Origin: an uncultured Gammaproteobacteria bacterium
GTDB lineage: Bacteria; Patescibacteriota; Patescibacteriia; Magasanikbacterales; UBA922
Direction: 5' to 3'
Assembly (NCBI GenBank): GCA_964447765.1
Contig: CAYUTO010000004.1
Location: 22,561 to 86,560 of the forward strand
DNA: 64,000 nt
Position 1 is the first letter of the stretch; the number at the start of each line of letters is the position of its first letter. The notes under the pieces were generated by a model. That model ran no database searches, was not told where the DNA came from, and worked only from the letters and a program-made list of their open reading frames with translations. The position numbers and the translations under genes were made by a program. This document shows positions 30,060 to 40,669 of this stretch, piece by piece.

Positions 30060-30497
30060 TCAGCTCATCGGAATGACGTCGATATCACCGAAAAGCGACT
30101 TGATCTCCTCGGGCGTGCCAAAGAGTTTTTTGTCCTCATCCGACAGGTAGACCCGCAGATACCCGGAACGCTGTAGAATCGCGTCGTGTACCAAGTAGAA
30201 CACCACCACCTCGTAGAATCGATCCACGATCTGATTGTGGATCTGCCCGATCAGGAGCATGGCACGAGGCTTCTCCTCATAGTACGCAATACTGCGCACG
30301 TACAGAGGGAGTTTATCAGGGAAGACACCTCGCCCGTCGACGTAGAGCGGGGCAGGCTGACGATCCGACGGATCGTAGTAACTGCGATTGGACGCGTACA
30401 CATCCCAGATATTTGGGTTGTGCTCACTCGTAACGATCGGAAGGGTGATAAAATCTTTCCCTTCCTCACCAACAGACACCGTAAACGTAGCTTCCAT
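30060..30497 (-). CDS. Hypothetical protein (145 aa) in a G+C-rich islet
   Basis: ORF with SD GAGAGGA 6-7 nt upstream of the ATG at 30497. The ORF-track N-terminal extension was not used. Confidence 0.45.
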   Translation of the reverse strand: MEATFTVSVGEEGKDFITLPIVTSEHNPNIWDVYASNRSYYDPSDRQPAPLYVDGRGVFPDKLPLYVRSIAYYEEKPRAMLLIGQIHNQIVDRFYEVVVFYLVHDAILQRSGYLRVYLSDEDKKLFGTPEEIKSLFGDIDVIPMS

Positions 30498-30683
30498 GAC
30501 GATCCTCTCACGGCTTGGTAAAAACACGATGCTGGCACCGTAAACCAGACAAGAAAAAATATCATATACGATAAAAAATGTCAATAATAAAATTCCTCTG
30601 TATTAAGGAATTTTGACTCTATCGCATCTGCCGAAGCCTAAAAGCCCCGACAGATGCGATCACCGATACAGAAATCACGATGC

Positions 30684-30977
30684 TCACCGATCCAGAACGA
30701 ATGTGTACGTCACCGCTCGCACCCAGAAATGAAGGAACTTCTCCGAAGGTTTGTAGTACCGATCGATCAAGACGATTCCGTCGTAATTGATAGTACCAAA
30801 CCATACCGTTGGTTCAAGCACCACCTCTTCCTGCGTACCACACTCAGGTTTCCAGTTGAGATAAAAATTACTACCCTGGAGACCCGCGAAAAAAACACGC
30901 CCCTTCCGTGTTCTTCCGTTTGAAAAATGCTCGGTAACCGAAACACCAACAAAATCAATATCACAGAGATCTTCCAT
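30684..30977 (-). CDS. Hypothetical protein (97 aa) in a G+C-rich islet, upstream partner of 30060..30497
   Basis: SD GAGGAGG 9 nt upstream of the ATG at 30977. A hairpin separates the two genes. Confidence 0.45.
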   Translation of the reverse strand: MEDLCDIDFVGVSVTEHFSNGRTRKGRVFFAGLQGSNFYLNWKPECGTQEEVVLEPTVWFGTINYDGIVLIDRYYKPSEKFLHFWVRAVTYTFVLDR

Positions 30978-31102
30978 CCTAGACCCTCCTCAATCTATGT
31001 TGTTTCTGCATATATTTTTTACAATATTTTATATCCAAAGTCAATAAAAGTATTTTACAAATAAACATGCGTCTAGTATGATAAAAAAATAATAAAAATA
31101 CT

Positions 31103-31546
31103 ATGCCCGAACGACACACCATTATCCCCGCGTCATACCTCGTACTCAAAAAAGAAAACAGTGTACTTCTCACTCGTCGCTATAATACTGGCTTTGAAGA
31201 TGGAAACTATAGTATGATCGCAGGGCACGTCGACCAAGGTGAAACATTTACCGAAGGCATGATTCGTGAAGCACACGAAGAAGCTGGTATCACACTTTCA
31301 CCAAATGATATACAATTGGTACATATAATGCACCGAAAATCACATGTCAACGCTGAAGAAAGAATCGACGCATTTTTTCTTGCAAGTACCTGGTCAGGAA
31401 ATCTGGAAAATAAAGAACCACACAAATGTGATGATTTCTCATGGTGTGATATAAATAACTTACCAGAAAATACGATCCCCTACATCAAAGCTGCTGTGGA
31501 ATGCGTAAAACAAAATATACTGTATAGTGAATACGGCTGGAAATAA
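31103..31546 (+). CDS. NUDIX hydrolase
   Basis: Nudix box GHVDQGETFTEGMIREAHEEAGI. Confidence 0.8.
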   Translation: MPERHTIIPASYLVLKKENSVLLTRRYNTGFEDGNYSMIAGHVDQGETFTEGMIREAHEEAGITLSPNDIQLVHIMHRKSHVNAEERIDAFFLASTWSGNLENKEPHKCDDFSWCDINNLPENTIPYIKAAVECVKQNILYSEYGWK

Positions 31547-31557
31547 AAAATATTAAT

Positions 31558-32130
31558 ATGAAAATCGCAATTGACATTGACGACGTACTCGCAAATTTTA
31601 TACCCACCCTCATCCAATTTCACAATACAGTTTATGGAACAAACTATAGACTTACCGACATTGACCGATATCATCTGTGGGAAATTTGGGGCGGTACCAG
31701 AGAAGAAGCAATTGACGAAGTATACACATTTTATAATACTCCCGAATTCAAAAATCTACCCGTAATCCACGGAGCACAAAATGGAATAGGGCAACTCAAA
31801 GAAAAACACAATCTCATAGCCATGACCGCACGTCCCGAAGAAATCAGAAATAAAACCGAAGAATGGATCAGCACGCACTTTCCCGGAATTTTTTCAGAAC
31901 TACACATCGCCAATCGATTTGCAAAATCAGGCCCATCTACTACCAAAGCAGAACTCTGTGAAAAACATGGAGTAGATATGTTGATAGATGACAATCTCGA
32001 GTACGCACTGGAATGCGTTACCTCACAAAGAAAAATTTTACTGTTCAACAATCCCTGGAACCAACATCCTGAATTACCCGTAGGTATCACTCGAGTGCAT
32101 TCATGGGAAGAAATACCAAAGCACATATAG
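31558..32130 (+). CDS. HAD-superfamily 5'(3')-deoxyribonucleotidase-like protein
   Basis: N-terminal DIDDVL (HAD motif I); a length of about 190 aa and overall pattern resemble NT5C/YqfW-type nucleotidases. Confidence 0.65.
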   Translation: MKIAIDIDDVLANFIPTLIQFHNTVYGTNYRLTDIDRYHLWEIWGGTREEAIDEVYTFYNTPEFKNLPVIHGAQNGIGQLKEKHNLIAMTARPEEIRNKTEEWISTHFPGIFSELHIANRFAKSGPSTTKAELCEKHGVDMLIDDNLEYALECVTSQRKILLFNNPWNQHPELPVGITRVHSWEEIPKHI

Positions 32131-32133
32131 CTT

Positions 32134-32622
32134 ATGGAAATTCTAGACATTGTAAATCAATATGATGAAGTGATCGGAAAAGCTTCTCGAGATGAGGTAT
32201 ACGAAAAATTATTACCCCATCGCATCGTGCATGTACTTATTTTTAATGACAACAAAGAAATGGCACTACAACTCCGAAGCAAGACCGTATCCTTTTGTCC
32301 GAACCATTGGTCGACTGCGGTTGGCGGACATGTGCAATCTGGAGAAAACTATGAAGAAGCTGCAATGAGAGAATATGAAGAAGAATTAGGAATAAAAAAT
32401 GCGCTTACCTTCTTCGGTAAAGACATCTATGAAATAGAGAATAGACCAAAAAAATTCTTAACTATATTTACCAGTACATTTAACGGACCATTTTCCAAAG
32501 ATCCCACAGAAGTAGAAAAAGTTGAATTCTTCCCTCTTGAAACCATTAGAGCCATGATACAAAATGAAGAAAAATTTCACCCCGAGTTACTATTTTTACT
32601 TCAAAAATATTTTGCACACTAA
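32134..32622 (+). CDS. NUDIX hydrolase (second copy)
   Basis: Nudix box GGHVQSGENYEEAAMREYEEELGI. Confidence 0.75.
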   Translation: MEILDIVNQYDEVIGKASRDEVYEKLLPHRIVHVLIFNDNKEMALQLRSKTVSFCPNHWSTAVGGHVQSGENYEEAAMREYEEELGIKNALTFFGKDIYEIENRPKKFLTIFTSTFNGPFSKDPTEVEKVEFFPLETIRAMIQNEEKFHPELLFLLQKYFAH

Positions 32623-32658
32623 AAAAAACACCCCGCTTTCACAGGGTGTTTTTTAATC
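32620..32658. terminator. Bidirectional hairpin terminator between the convergent nudix and fusA genes
   Basis: aacaccccgctttcacagggtgtt flanked by A-run and T-run. Confidence 0.65.
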
Positions 32659-32672
32659 TTTCAATGTTTGAA

Positions 32673-34772
32673 TTACTTCATCTTTCCACTTGCAACAAGC
32701 GCTTCAATATTTTTTGGACATTCTGCATACTTAGAAAATTCCATAGCATACGTTGCTCGTCCTTGGGTCATAGAGCGGAGTCCAGTTGCATAGCCAAACA
32801 TACTTGCAAGTGGTACCAACGCACGAATAACTTTTGCAGTTCCTCGTTGAGTCATCTCTTCGATCTGTCCACGCTTTGAAGACAAATCTCCGATTACGTC
32901 TCCCATATATTCTTCAGGAGTCGTGACTTCTACTTTCATAATAGGCTCAAGAAGTACAGGATGTGCTTTGTGTGCAGCTGCTACAAATCCCATAGATCCC
33001 GCGAGTTTGAACGCGATTTCACTTGAGTCGACTTCGTGATAACTTCCATCAAACACCGTAACTTTTACATCAAGGATTGGGTATCCTGCAACGATTCCTT
33101 TACCCACTGCTTCTTTCACACCTTTTTCAATAGCAGGGATATATTCACGTGGGATCAATCCTCCCTTGATATCATCAACGAATACCAAATTTTGCCCTGG
33201 ATATTCTACTTTGTCTTCATCTGAAAGTGGTTCCACGCGGAGCCAGCAGTGTCCGTATTGTCCACGTCCACCCGACTGCTTCACATGTTTTCCTTCAGCC
33301 TCAGCACTCTGACGAATCGTTTCTTTATATGCCACCTGTGGAGCACCTACTTGCGCTTCCACTTTGAATTCACGTCGCATACGATCCACGATAATGTCGA
33401 GATGCAATTCCCCCATTCCCGCAATAATAGTCTGAAGTGTTTCAGGATCACTTGATACTCTGAATGTTGGATCTTCTTCAGCAAGTTTCTGTAATGCCAT
33501 ACTCATTTTTTCAGCATCACCCTTGGTATTAGGTTCAATAGCAACAGAAATAACTGGCTCTGGAAATGTTGGGCGAGCCAAAAGTACTGGTCGTGATTCA
33601 TCACAAAGTGTATCTCCAGTCGTTGTATTTTTGAGTCCAATTGCCGCAGCGATTTCCCCAGCAAATACCTGATCTACATCTTCACGAGTATTTGCATGCA
33701 ATCGCACGATACGACCAATACGTTCTTTGTTACCATTCGTACTATTCAATACATAACTTCCCGCTTTGATATTTCCCGAATACACGCGGAAGAAAGTAAG
33801 GCGTCCAACAAAAGGATCTGTTGCAACTTTAAATGCAAGACCAACAAATGGGTCAGCATCACTCGCTTTGACTTCAATCGTTTTAGCTTCATCATCAGGA
33901 TCGAGTGCTTCAATAACCGGCATATCAAGTGGAGTCGGCAAATACTCAACCACATTATCGAGTACCAATTGTACTCCAATATTTTGGAGAGCTGTTCCAC
34001 ACATGACCGGATAAATTTCATCTTTCAACACCATCAAGCGAATTGCTTTTTTCACTTCTTCAACTGAAAGTGTATTAGTTTCAAGATATTTACTCATGAG
34101 TTCATCAGTTGCCTCAGCTACTTTTTCAAGTAACAGAGCACGATATTCTGCAACCTGTGCTTTCATGTCTTCTGGAATTTCAAATTCAACTACATTGATT
34201 CCATGATCTCCTTCAAATCGGTACGCTTTCTCTTCAACAATATCAATAATTCCTTTAAACTCAGATTCCATACCAATAGGCAATTGGATTGCAAAAGCAT
34301 TTGGAGACAATCTGGTTCTAATTGAATTTAACGTCATGAAAAAGTCAGCGCCCGTCTTGTCCATTTTATTTGCAAAACAAATACGAGGCACGCGATATTT
34401 ATCTGCCTGGCGCCACACGGTTTCAGACTGTGGCTCTACTCCCTGTGAACCATCAAATACTGCAACAGCCCCATCAAGTACACGGAGTGATCGCTCTACT
34501 TCTACAGTAAAATCTACGTGACCTGGAGTATCGATCAAGTTGATACGATGATTTTTCCAGAAACAAGTAGTCGCAGCAGAAGTGATCGTAATACCACGTT
34601 CTTTTTCCTGTTCCATCCAGTCCATTTCAGCAGCTCCTTCATGTACTTCTCCGATTTTGTGTTTTTTTCCTGTGTAAAAAAGAATACGTTCAGAAACGGT
34701 CGTCTTTCCGGCATCAATATGCGCCATGATTCCAATATTTCGCACGCGCTCGAGTGGATAATCTCGTCCCAT
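32673..34772 (-). CDS. fusA: Elongation factor G
   Basis: [17 protein letters not shown] and NKMD G-motifs; 699 aa with EF-G domains III-V. Confidence 0.95.
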   Translation of the reverse strand: MGRDYPLERVRNIGIMAHIDAGKTTVSERILFYTGKKHKIGEVHEGAAEMDWMEQEKERGITITSAATTCFWKNHRINLIDTPGHVDFTVEVERSLRVLDGAVAVFDGSQGVEPQSETVWRQADKYRVPRICFANKMDKTGADFFMTLNSIRTRLSPNAFAIQLPIGMESEFKGIIDIVEEKAYRFEGDHGINVVEFEIPEDMKAQVAEYRALLLEKVAEATDELMSKYLETNTLSVEEVKKAIRLMVLKDEIYPVMCGTALQNIGVQLVLDNVVEYLPTPLDMPVIEALDPDDEAKTIEVKASDADPFVGLAFKVATDPFVGRLTFFRVYSGNIKAGSYVLNSTNGNKERIGRIVRLHANTREDVDQVFAGEIAAAIGLKNTTTGDTLCDESRPVLLARPTFPEPVISVAIEPNTKGDAEKMSMALQKLAEEDPTFRVSSDPETLQTIIAGMGELHLDIIVDRMRREFKVEAQVGAPQVAYKETIRQSAEAEGKHVKQSGGRGQYGHCWLRVEPLSDEDKVEYPGQNLVFVDDIKGGLIPREYIPAIEKGVKEAVGKGIVAGYPILDVKVTVFDGSYHEVDSSEIAFKLAGSMGFVAAAHKAHPVLLEPIMKVEVTTPEEYMGDVIGDLSSKRGQIEEMTQRGTAKVIRALVPLASMFGYATGLRSMTQGRATYAMEFSKYAECPKNIEALVASGKMK

Positions 34773-34800
34773 AAAAAAGTGGGTTAAAAGTAAAAATTAC

Positions 34801-35280
34801 TTAGCGACTAAAACGTGCGAAGTGTGCAAACGCTTTGTTTGCTTCAGCCATACGATGCATGTCATCACGCTTTTTGATTGCTCCTCCAGTTCCTTCGAGT
34901 ACGTCTAAACATTCTTGAGCAAGCTTTTCAGCCATCGTTCTTCCCTTTCGAGAATGTGCAGCAGTCACGATCCATCGGAATGCGAGTGCATTCTGTCTGG
35001 TTCCAGATACGGGCATTGGAACCTGGTAGTTAGCGCCACCCACGCGTCGTGAACGAACCTCTACTTGAGGTCGCACCGTTTCCAATGTTTGTTCAAATAC
35101 TTTAATTGGTTCAGTTTTCTTTTTTTCCTTCAAAATTTCGAGAGCTCCATACACAATATGTTCTGCAGTAGATTTCTTACCATCTTTCATTACAAAGTTG
35201 ATGAACTTTGCTAAGATCTCACTGTTATACAATGGGTCCGGTGTAGGAGTTCGCTTGAATCCTCGTTTTCCTCGTGGCAT
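34801..35280 (-). CDS. rpsG: 30S ribosomal protein S7
   Basis: [10 protein letters not shown]...; conserved S7 core. Confidence 0.9.
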   Translation of the reverse strand: MPRGKRGFKRTPTPDPLYNSEILAKFINFVMKDGKKSTAEHIVYGALEILKEKKKTEPIKVFEQTLETVRPQVEVRSRRVGGANYQVPMPVSGTRQNALAFRWIVTAAHSRKGRTMAEKLAQECLDVLEGTGGAIKKRDDMHRMAEANKAFAHFARFSR

Positions 35281-35313
35281 ATATTCTTTGATGATTATCT
35301 AATGAAAGGTGAG

Positions 35314-35742
35314 TTATTTCTTTGCAGCTTTTGGACGTTTTGCTCCATAAATTGAGCGACTGCGTCTTCGAGCTTCTACTCCCTGTGTGTCATACACTCC
35401 ACGAACAATATGATAACGTACACCAGGTAAATCTTTTACACGTCCACCACGAATAAGCACGATTGAGTGTTCCTGCAAATTGTGTCCCTCGCCCGGAATA
35501 TAAGCGATAATTTCTGATCCATTAGAAAGACGAACTTTCGCTACTTTTCGAAGAGCTGAGTTAGGTTTCTTTGGAGTCATGGTATACACCTTGGTACACA
35601 CACCACGTTTAAATGGTGCTCCGCGACGAAGTTCAGTTCGTTTGCGGTGTAAACTGTCGAGCGTAAACTGGAGCGCTGGAGACTTGGATTTATTTTTCCG
35701 TGTGATCCGTCCCTTGCGCAAAATCTGATTCATCGTAGGCAT
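35314..35742 (-). CDS. rpsL: 30S ribosomal protein S12
   Basis: [12 protein letters not shown]...[12 protein letters not shown]...; conserved S12. Confidence 0.95.
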   Translation of the reverse strand: MPTMNQILRKGRITRKNKSKSPALQFTLDSLHRKRTELRRGAPFKRGVCTKVYTMTPKKPNSALRKVAKVRLSNGSEIIAYIPGEGHNLQEHSIVLIRGGRVKDLPGVRYHIVRGVYDTQGVEARRRSRSIYGAKRPKAAKK

Positions 35743-36033
35743 AGTCTGATTTGCTAAATTAAACTTATAAATAAATTAAAATGCCCCTGGTAGGGCACGT
35801 TCAGACAAACAAAATGAGTGTTTATCGAACGTTTGAGAGCTAATACAAGCTCTGAGACGCTTCACCCTCGAAAATTGAGGATTACTACGTTCTTATACGT
35901 CTTTAGGTGACGTAGGCAGAATATACCTGATATAAAGACATATGTCAAGACAAGAAGTCACCATCGTTGACCAATCCAGTCATACACTATACTATATCCG
36001 AAGTTCAACAGTTCTGTTCTTTCAGGGAGGAGT

Positions 36034-37014
36034 ATGGAAAAATTTCCGAAGCATGTTCTTAGCTCAGACCAGTTCAGTCCCGAAATGATCGAATACCTCT
36101 GCGGTCAGGCAGAAGACATCCGTGCGATCATGGAGACTGGCAAGAAACGCCAGCTTCTCGGAAAACTGCACGGAATGAGCATGTTCACAGTATTCTACGA
36201 GCCTTCGACTCGCACACGTTTTTCCTTCGAACAGGCAGGAAACGTGTGTGGTATGCACAAGTGCTCTACCGAGAATGCCGAGATAACCTCTTCAGTCTCC
36301 AAGGGTGAAAACCTAGAAGACACGGTGAAAACGCTCTCGGGATACTACCCAGATGTATTCGTGCTGCGGCACAAAGTGAAAGGAGCAGCAAAACGCGCAG
36401 CAGAAGTAATCGATGAGAAGAAAAAGAACGTGCACATCATCAACGCAGGTGATGGTAAAGGAGAACATCCTTCACAAGCACTCCTCGACTTCTACACGAT
36501 CTGGCAAGCCAAAGGAAGAAAGCTCGACAATATCCGAATCATGTTCGGAGGCGATCTGAAATACGGGCGTACTGTTCGTTCTCTCGCGCGTGTACTTGCC
36601 AAGTACCCGGGGATTACGATGACGTTCGTAGCGCCTGAAGCGCTCCAGGTCGCAGAAGACATCCGTGCAGACCTCGACACCCATCAGATACCCTACACGC
36701 TCGAATCAGATCCGATGAAGGCGTTCCCGGAAGCAGACGTGATCTATTGGACGCGACTGCAGAAAGAGAGAATCGAAGACGAACGTACACGTATCGAACT
36801 CGAGGAAATTGAACGAAAAGGAACGTACAATATCGGATCGCCACAGCTCTCAGTCATGAAGCCAACCGCGAATATCCTTCACCCACTTCCCCGTGTCGGA
36901 GAAATCCTGCACGAAGTGGACCAAGATCCACGGTCGTGGTACTTCACACAAGCTGAAAATGGGCTGTACATCCGTATAGCGCTCCTGCTGGAGCTGCTCC
37001 GCGAGTCGGAGTAA
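36034..37014 (+). CDS. pyrB: Aspartate carbamoyltransferase catalytic subunit (orphan; G+C-rich)
   Basis: STRTRFSFE, HPSQALLD, GDLKYGRTVRSL and HPLPRVGEI motifs closely match PyrB. SD GGGAGGAG upstream of the ATG. Confidence 0.85.
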   Translation: MEKFPKHVLSSDQFSPEMIEYLCGQAEDIRAIMETGKKRQLLGKLHGMSMFTVFYEPSTRTRFSFEQAGNVCGMHKCSTENAEITSSVSKGENLEDTVKTLSGYYPDVFVLRHKVKGAAKRAAEVIDEKKKNVHIINAGDGKGEHPSQALLDFYTIWQAKGRKLDNIRIMFGGDLKYGRTVRSLARVLAKYPGITMTFVAPEALQVAEDIRADLDTHQIPYTLESDPMKAFPEADVIYWTRLQKERIEDERTRIELEEIERKGTYNIGSPQLSVMKPTANILHPLPRVGEILHEVDQDPRSWYFTQAENGLYIRIALLLELLRESE

Positions 37015-37016
37015 CC

Positions 37017-37055
37017 AAAAGCCGGCCTCGAAAGAGGCCGGCATCTACATTTTTA
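37017..37055. terminator. Hairpin terminator between the convergent pyrB and M50-protease genes
   Basis: aaaagccggcctcgaaagaggccggc followed by a T-run. Confidence 0.6.
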
Positions 37056-37059
37056 GAGA

Positions 37060-37677
37060 CTACATAAGAACTTTACTTCCTACAAAAAGTTGAAAAATAT
37101 ATTGAATCACCGGACTCATAACCCCAGAAAAAAATAAAATAAACGCGATCAGAATCATAAAACCATATCGCTCAAGTATTTCTTTGACCTTCCACATTGA
37201 ATCTGGAAGTATTGCGTACAACACTTTTGATCCATCAAGCGGAGGAATCGGCAGAAGATTGAATACAGCAAGACCAATATTTGCGTATACAATAATCGAA
37301 AAAAACAACGTCATGTCACTAATCGGAAGCACACGAATAACAATGCTAAACAAAAACGCAAGAAATAGATTAGACAAGGGACCCGCAAGCGCCACCCACA
37401 TCGGACCGGTTTTCTGATTTTTCAAATTATAGGGATTGTATGGGACTGGTTTTGCATAGGCAAACAAAAATCTACCCCCGGTCGAAAGATACAAAAAAAT
37501 AGGCAAAATAATCGTTCCCCAGAGATCAATATGGGATTTTGGGTTGAGAGTTAGTCTCCCTGCATAGCGGGCCGTAGGGTCCCCCATTCGATCTGCAACC
37601 CATCCATGCATATATTCATGGATAATGGCTGAAGGGATAATAACGAGAAGATAAAAGAATGCAATAAGATTATCCAT
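37060..37677 (-). CDS. Site-2 protease / peptidase M50 family membrane metalloprotease
   Basis: HEYMH (HExxH) within a TM helix, LTLNPKSHIDLWGT, and several TM segments. Start set at the ATG at 37677 so that the CDS does not overlap rpmB; it remains uncertain. Confidence 0.65.
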   Translation of the reverse strand: MDNLIAFFYLLVIIPSAIIHEYMHGWVADRMGDPTARYAGRLTLNPKSHIDLWGTIILPIFLYLSTGGRFLFAYAKPVPYNPYNLKNQKTGPMWVALAGPLSNLFLAFLFSIVIRVLPISDMTLFFSIIVYANIGLAVFNLLPIPPLDGSKVLYAILPDSMWKVKEILERYGFMILIAFILFFSGVMSPVIQYIFQLFVGSKVLM

Positions 37678-37772
37678 AGGATCCTGACTTGACAAAAAGA
37701 GAATAATAGAATACACTTCTGCGCATAACGCCGTATCAGTATATCCTCTATTCTCTTCTAACGTCAACCAGT

Positions 37773-37979
37773 ATGCGAAAATGCGAACTATGTAAAAAAG
37801 GCTCAGTAAGTGCAGCAAATCGAAGTCATTCAAAAGTGAAGACACTTCGCAAACAACATGCAAACCTCCAGAAATTTATGGGGCTCATGCTCTGCAGTTC
37901 ATGCCGACGAACGATCCAAAAAAGAGTAACCGAAGCTGCTACTCCAAAAAAAGCAGTGAAAGTAGCTCAAACAAAGTAA
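37773..37979 (+). CDS. rpmB: 50S ribosomal protein L28
   Basis: MRKCELCKKGSVSAANRSHS...NLQK matches the L28 family pattern; 68 aa; strong downstream terminator. Confidence 0.75.
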   Translation: MRKCELCKKGSVSAANRSHSKVKTLRKQHANLQKFMGLMLCSSCRRTIQKRVTEAATPKKAVKVAQTK

Positions 37980-37994
37980 TCATTTCAAAAAATA

Positions 37995-38028
37995 AAAATA
38001 CTCTCCAAATCGGAGAGTATTTTTTTAT
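37995..38028. terminator. Bidirectional hairpin terminator after rpmB and trhO
   Basis: aatactctccaaatcggagagtatt followed by ttttttt. Confidence 0.7.
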
Positions 38029-38039
38029 CATCACAGTTA

Positions 38040-38966
38040 TTATTCAAACCGAGCTGGAGGCCGCTTCATACTATCATCACTTTCTACAATCTTTTTACAT
38101 TCAGGAGAACATGCACCGTTGAATTTTTCAACACAGCCATCACAGCCAATAAATAATCTATTACACTCTTTGTACACACAATTGCGATACGTGTCACACA
38201 AAACTCCACAAAGTAAACACTTCCCCACAATCTCTTCAGTATCAGTATGATTCACACGCAAAGCAATTCGATCATCAAACGTAAAGCATTTTCCTTCAAA
38301 AAAACCTTCATTACCATATTTCTCAGCATACGTTACGATTCCCCCATCCAACTGATAAACCTGACTTTTATCAAATCCATAAGCAACGAATAGTGCTGAA
38401 GCCGGTTCACAACGCACTCCCCCAGTACAATACATTACAATCTTTTTTCCCTTGAACTGACCATAAAAATCCATCACGTCTTTCAGATCACGAAAATATG
38501 ATACAGGCGGACGGATAGCATTTTTGAAACGACCGATATCGTATTCATAATCATTCCGCATATCAATAAGAATCATCTCTTCTCCGCGACTAAGCCATTT
38601 ATGGAATGTATCACGATCCACATGTTTTCCACGCTTGGTCCAATCAATAGCATCTTTAATTTCAGTCGTAATAATTTCGTCGCGATGTCGTACACGAAGT
38701 TTCGGAAATGGAAGAAAATCAGCAGTATGTTCTTTCCAGTCAATTTTTTTATATAACCGATGCTGATTCATGTACGCTTTATAGAGCTCAATACTTTCTT
38801 TGGTTCCACCAACATTTCCATTAATACCATAATCACCAATAAGAATTCGTCCTTTGATACCCAAAGCAAGACAAATCTCTTTGTGCATTTCAACTTCTTT
38901 CGCTGGATTCTTGATGTTTACAATTTTGTAATACAGTAAGGTATGGAACATATAAAAGTCTATCAA
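38040..38966 (-). CDS. trhO: Rhodanese-domain protein of the TrhO/YceA (tRNA U34 hydroxylase) family with a Cys-rich C-terminus
   Basis: Rhodanese active-site region MYCTGGVRCE; C-terminal CxxC clusters. Confidence 0.75.
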   Translation of the reverse strand: MIDFYMFHTLLYYKIVNIKNPAKEVEMHKEICLALGIKGRILIGDYGINGNVGGTKESIELYKAYMNQHRLYKKIDWKEHTADFLPFPKLRVRHRDEIITTEIKDAIDWTKRGKHVDRDTFHKWLSRGEEMILIDMRNDYEYDIGRFKNAIRPPVSYFRDLKDVMDFYGQFKGKKIVMYCTGGVRCEPASALFVAYGFDKSQVYQLDGGIVTYAEKYGNEGFFEGKCFTFDDRIALRVNHTDTEEIVGKCLLCGVLCDTYRNCVYKECNRLFIGCDGCVEKFNGACSPECKKIVESDDSMKRPPARFE

Positions 38967-39056
38967 GTTAAAAAGTCAAAAAGTCCATAATGTCTAAAAA
39001 TCTGATTAGTAATATATATTACTTTCAACTTTATGACTTTCAGACTTTTGACTAAC
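38962..39056. repeat. Palindromic element with AAAGTC/GACTTT arms (family C), copy 2
   Basis: aagtcaaaaagtccataatgtc..., central perfect palindrome agtaatatatattact, then actttatgactttcagacttttgac. Confidence 0.6.
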
Positions 39057-39061
39057 ATTCG

Positions 39062-39134
39062 TCGGGCTGACACGACTTGAACGTGCGGCCTCATGACCCC
39101 CAGCCATGCGCTCTACCAACTGAGCTACAGCCCG
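39062..39134 (-). tRNA. tRNA-Pro (anticodon GGG)
   Basis: Manual fold of the reverse complement: acceptor CGGGCTG/CAGCCCG, D-arm GCTC-AGTTGGTA-GAGC, anticodon stem CATGG/TCATG with loop CTGGGGG, T-arm GCACG-TTCAAGT-CGTGT, discriminator A, no encoded CCA. Confidence 0.8.
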
Positions 39135-40126
39135 ATTTAAGCCAATTACCAATAAAACAATTATCAACTAACAAATTGCATAAAATTGTATTTTTGTTAG
39201 TTGTTCCTTGCTCATTGTTCCTTATCCCCAGCATATTAAAACAAAAAACCCTTTTTTTCAAGAGTTCCTTGTATGACCCCAGAGAGGTGCAGTACGAAAT
39301 ACTACTCCTGAATGAAACAGGTGGGTAGCCGCACTTCTAGCCCACGGGCTAGAAAAATATAGGCCTCCCTATGTAGTATATTTGTAGAATAGTATATGTA
39401 CTGTACCACTAGAACCAGGGTCAATTCAAATATACCAAGACGTTCAAAATTGTGCAAATGTGACTCATCCACTACTTAGAACTCTCTAAATACTGGAGGA
39501 GAGACGACCAGGTGAAACAGGTCGCCGAGAAACAAAAGAACAATATACAGCCATGAAAGATCAAGCGCGATAACGCATAAGTCGAGATACCAACTCACAC
39601 GTTACCACTCGATTCTACTCTGACCTCACCTAAGAGTCGTGATTACCTCGCTGCCGTTTGACAGGAGTCGAGACAGGCGCCACTTGTGCCTCAGGGAGGA
39701 AGCGATGTCGACATCCGCGAAGGGAAGCAGGCTCGGGACGAGCCATCTCACTGCTTCGCGGAGGAACCGCTGACTTTTTCTTGAACTTGGCCAAATTCTT
39801 GGCCCACACTTGATACACAGAACCTTCAGGCATGATTACCCTAACGAGCATGCTCGATTGAATATTCTCAAACTTTGAGAAAACTCGCACAAAGCGGAAT
39901 TCAGTCTAAATAAAAATCTTTTTACACCAACACCAACTTACTCTAAAGACATTGAATAAGAATACAAAAATAAAAAAAACTTGTAAAGAATAGTACTACT
40001 AATTCCTTACAAGTTATTCACAGATACATACCACTGTATTCCTATGATGAAAAACAATGGCATATGGGCGATCGATGAGTGGAGTACTCATCGATCGCCC
40101 GGGAAAAAAGAACAAAAACTCGAGAA

Positions 40127-40345
40127 TCAGGCCGCACTAGCGACCTCAGGGACAGGTGGATACGCCGGCGTGTAAGCGCCCGTCCTCGTAACCGCGATGG
40201 TCCGCTTGCACTCACAACCGACGCGATAATCACCATTGCTGCATGGCTCCACGGTATCGATCTTACCGGCACCGCACGAACACTGGAAGTGCTCGCCTTT
40301 CTTGAGATGCTCAATCCGCACCACTCCTTTAATTCCCATAAACAT
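40127..40345 (-). CDS. Small Cys-rich protein (72 aa) in a G+C-rich islet
   Basis: SD AAGGAGAG 7 nt upstream of the ATG at 40345; six Cys (QCSCG...C...GCEC). Several overlapping frames are also open in this GC-rich DNA. Confidence 0.35.
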   Translation of the reverse strand: MFMGIKGVVRIEHLKKGEHFQCSCGAGKIDTVEPCSNGDYRVGCECKRTIAVTRTGAYTPAYPPVPEVASAA

Positions 40346-40459
40346 ACACACTCTCCTTGTGTGAAATAAAGACAAGAGAAACGAAAGATGGGTTGACGAG
40401 TGCGACAACGTGAGAGCTGGAGTTTCCAACTAAGCACGTTGCCGCTCTCAAACGATCGA

Positions 40460-40669
40460 TCAGTCGCCGAACTTGTACCGCAACTCCGAGCGGTCGCGAG
40501 AAGCGATCTCACGATCCCAGACCGCAGCGATCCGGTCGTCGAGGAGGACGGGCGCGGTATTCTTGCGCTCCTTCTTACGCGAAGGGGCGAGAACCGCCTC
40601 CGAGGACTTGATGGACTTGGCGTCGAGGTTCAGCTGCTGTGACGGCAGCTTGGAATTATCTCCAGACAT
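40460..40669 (-). CDS. Small basic protein (69 aa) in a G+C-rich islet
   Basis: ATG at 40669 preceded by GGGGGA; the choice of frame is uncertain. Confidence 0.3.
   Translation of the reverse strand: MSGDNSKLPSQQLNLDAKSIKSSEAVLAPSRKKERKNTAPVLLDDRIAAVWDREIASRDRSELRYKFGD

Noticed and set aside
39077-39328. 83-aa plus-strand ORF
   Set aside because: It overlaps tRNA-Pro on the opposite strand and an AT-rich spacer, and has no SD or conservation signal. Spurious.
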